A stretch of 64,000 bases of DNA from Setoptus koraiensis. Lineage: Eukaryota; Animalia; Arthropoda. The number at the start of each line of letters is the position of its first letter. Positions within the stretch are counted from its first letter, which is position 1. A model generated the notes under the pieces. It was not told where the DNA came from, searched no databases, and saw nothing but the letters and a program-made list of their open reading frames with translations. The stretch is taken from NCBI GenBank assembly GCA_048013815.1, contig CM106585.1, positions 8,742,001 to 8,806,000 of the forward strand, written 5' to 3'. Below, piece after piece: positions 61,725-64,000 of the stretch. The translations under genes were made by a program, and so were the position numbers.

Positions 61725-61886
61725 GCACTGTGGAAGGCAGCGTAGCATAAACTGTAGGAACTTGCGTACATGATTCAGACACCCTATATGTTTATGTGAG
61801 ATGCTTGCATGCTAATATCAACTAAAGGGTGGTCTAGTCAAAACGCACAAAAGCACTAATAAGTATACGGCTGCCTTCCACAGTGC
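61725..61886. repeat. 162-bp segment bounded by a 16-bp perfect inverted repeat (GCACTGTGGAAGGCAG / CTGCCTTCCACAGTGC); possible MITE relic
   Basis: Arms at 61725-61740 and 61871-61886, extendable inward (CGTA/TACG) with one indel. No clear target-site duplication. Confidence 0.6.
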
Positions 61887-62219
61887 TTTTCTTTCGATAT
61901 TTGTCGATGCACTCTGGTAGTTACAGCGTGCAGACAGCGGCTATGTGCAGCGCGAAATTAATAATTGTGCCCAGTGAATGGAACTTTAGTTGACTTCGAC
62001 ACGATCTATCTGATTTGTTGTGCTAAACTTCATTTGATCACAACTCAAGGCAAATATGTGCCAGCGAGCAGCACAGTGTGTTTTATAGATGCGCTCTCTG
62101 CTTGAGACACCCTTTATAACAGCCATGCGATAACATACATGTACCTATTGTTGTCAATTGAGGGATATTTCTCATTTATTTTTTTAGACTGCTTAATTAG
62201 TCACAAGCATCAGCATACA

Positions 62220-63011
62220 ATGTTTAGCTTCAATGTATTCGCCGAACAACTCAGACCATTTGATACCATGTATAGATGCTACTCTGTATCTATGCTACCG
62301 GGTCAAGAGAGGGACAACGTCGATAGAGGAGGAAGAATATTTTTGCCACCATCAGCCCTGGATCAATTAACTAGATTAAACATTGTATATCCAATGTTAT
62401 TCAAACTGACCAATCCACAAAAGGAACGCACCACCCATTGTGGGGTGTTGGAATTCGTTGCAGATGAGGGCAAATGTTACATGCCCTATTGGATGATGAG
62501 AAATCTTCTTTTGGAGGAGGGAGCCATGGTGAAAATAGAGTCAGTTTCCTTGCCAGTTGCCACATTCTCAAAATTTCAACCTCAATCAGTGGACTTTCTA
62601 GATATTACAAATCCCAAAGCAGTTCTAGAGAACGAACTCAGGAGTTTTGCTTGTCTGACTACAGGCGACGTTATAGCCATTAGTTACAATGAAAGAATCT
62701 ATGAACTTTGTGTACTAGAAACAAAACCTGGGGCTGCCGTCAGTATAATAGAATGTGATATGAACGTTGATTTTGCGCCTCCGGTTGGATACGTTGAACC
62801 AACTAATGAACTCAAGAAAGAAGAGAAACAGATTGAGAAAACCACCAGGGCTCCTGTGTCTCAAGGTTTCAGACTGGACGGTAAATCAACTAAAAGTCAA
62901 GAACCATTCAAACAATCCGAGTCTAAGAATACAAACAGTCAATCAGCGGCCGTTGGAGAGCCAGATCTAGATTTCCAGATAGGTCATATAAAGTTTTTTA
63001 GGAATTCCTAA
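62220..63011 (+). CDS. UFD1: Ubiquitin recognition factor in ER-associated degradation (UFD1), 263 aa
   Basis: [125 protein letters not shown]; ATG at 62220 in frame with the listed ORF. Confidence 0.95.
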   Translation: MFSFNVFAEQLRPFDTMYRCYSVSMLPGQERDNVDRGGRIFLPPSALDQLTRLNIVYPMLFKLTNPQKERTTHCGVLEFVADEGKCYMPYWMMRNLLLEEGAMVKIESVSLPVATFSKFQPQSVDFLDITNPKAVLENELRSFACLTTGDVIAISYNERIYELCVLETKPGAAVSIIECDMNVDFAPPVGYVEPTNELKKEEKQIEKTTRAPVSQGFRLDGKSTKSQEPFKQSESKNTNSQSAAVGEPDLDFQIGHIKFFRNS

Positions 63012-64000
63012 GACCAACCAACCGATATACTGTATACTGTATAATTTACAATCGAACGCGCGAGTATAAAAGGGCACTCACAATACGATTCAGGATTCAG
63101 TGTTGATCATGCGACCGATGTGAACGGACGCAACATCGTATCTTGTTGTGCGTTTGTTGGTCCGTCTGTCTATCGATATAGGATTGATGCCTTGTTCTGT
63201 TTGTTTGTCTGTTTGTCTGTATGTCTGTCTCTAGATGCTTTGATCGCGTAAGGCGAGCTGAAATAAAAATATTCTTTTTTCAACAGCCTTCTTGATACCC
63301 AATACGTTTATCTGTTTATTTATGTGTATAAATACAAGATAATTTTTTGCTTTCTCATTTACATTATCACCTTTTCAAGCAAAACTACACGACGCTTAGA
63401 TGAATTTACTTTCAACAAATAATTATATTCTATTCTGGTGGGCGCCAATCACTAATAATTTCAGACAACAAACAAATATCAGATTATTACTGTACAGTTT
63501 CATCATATAAGATTGTATCATTTTACAATCATACAGTTACAAGTAAACATACAATCTATTATCATTAGTTTTAAGATGTTACTATATTTCCTTTGTTATT
63601 ATAAAAACATCTCATTGGTACGTATTGGTCAAATATTATCATCTATACAACAAAAACGACAACAGTACGTTTTCCATTGAACAACAACCTATAGTTTGAT
63701 ACAGCACAACATCTACTAACACCACAACTACCACAACCACCACCTCTATACAATCTTTCATGTGTTCAATAGTATATGAAACACTCTATAATAACAATAT
63801 ATTGTTACCCATGTCTAGAAAATTTCATGCTCTAATCTAACCATCGTCATTACATATACATATAAACATCTATAAATACGTTGTATCATTCAATAATTGG
63901 CGCTTCCATTCTAATCAGGAATCTATATAAATTATTCCAATTCTTACACGTCTTAACTATTCATTGTAACATACACAGATTAATATAAATTAATACCTAA

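Noticed and set aside
62139-62219. N-terminal extension of UFD1
   Set aside because: UFD1 homology starts at MFSFN (62220); the upstream part looks like leader/intron with an acceptor-like ttttttag.
63065-63101. TATAAAAG followed by TCAGT downstream of UFD1
   Set aside because: Promoter-like, but no downstream ORF or exon in the window supports a gene.

Overview
Eukaryotic DNA, most consistent with a compact arthropod genome, probably a mite (inference from gene content and ~90-160 nt GT-AG introns). The window has two architectures. (i) Gene-dense, AT-rich, short-intron flanks at ~2-27 kb and ~59-63 kb: four signal-peptide genes (including a catalytically dead astacin-DM9 fusion), a shortened neprilysin (M13), an RMDN-like protein, ACAP/centaurin-beta bracketed by a 626-bp inverted duplication of a small heat-shock gene, FAM98-like, a CRAL-TRIO protein, MCAD and UFD1. 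(ii) A GC-richer, micro/minisatellite-rich, long-intron domain at ~27-57 kb whose only recognisable gene before its right edge is a 4-exon glucose dehydrogenase (GMC oxidoreductase) with an unusual C-terminal tail. The best candidate novelty is at 57.3-59.9 kb: an eh1 + Ataxin-1 AXH ORF that can be spliced in frame onto a Paraxis/Scleraxis-type bHLH gene, giving a predicted AXH-bHLH fusion transcription factor. All exon models were built by eye from GT/AG sites, frame continuity and remembered family motifs; no database search was run. No rRNA, tRNA or CRISPR array was seen.
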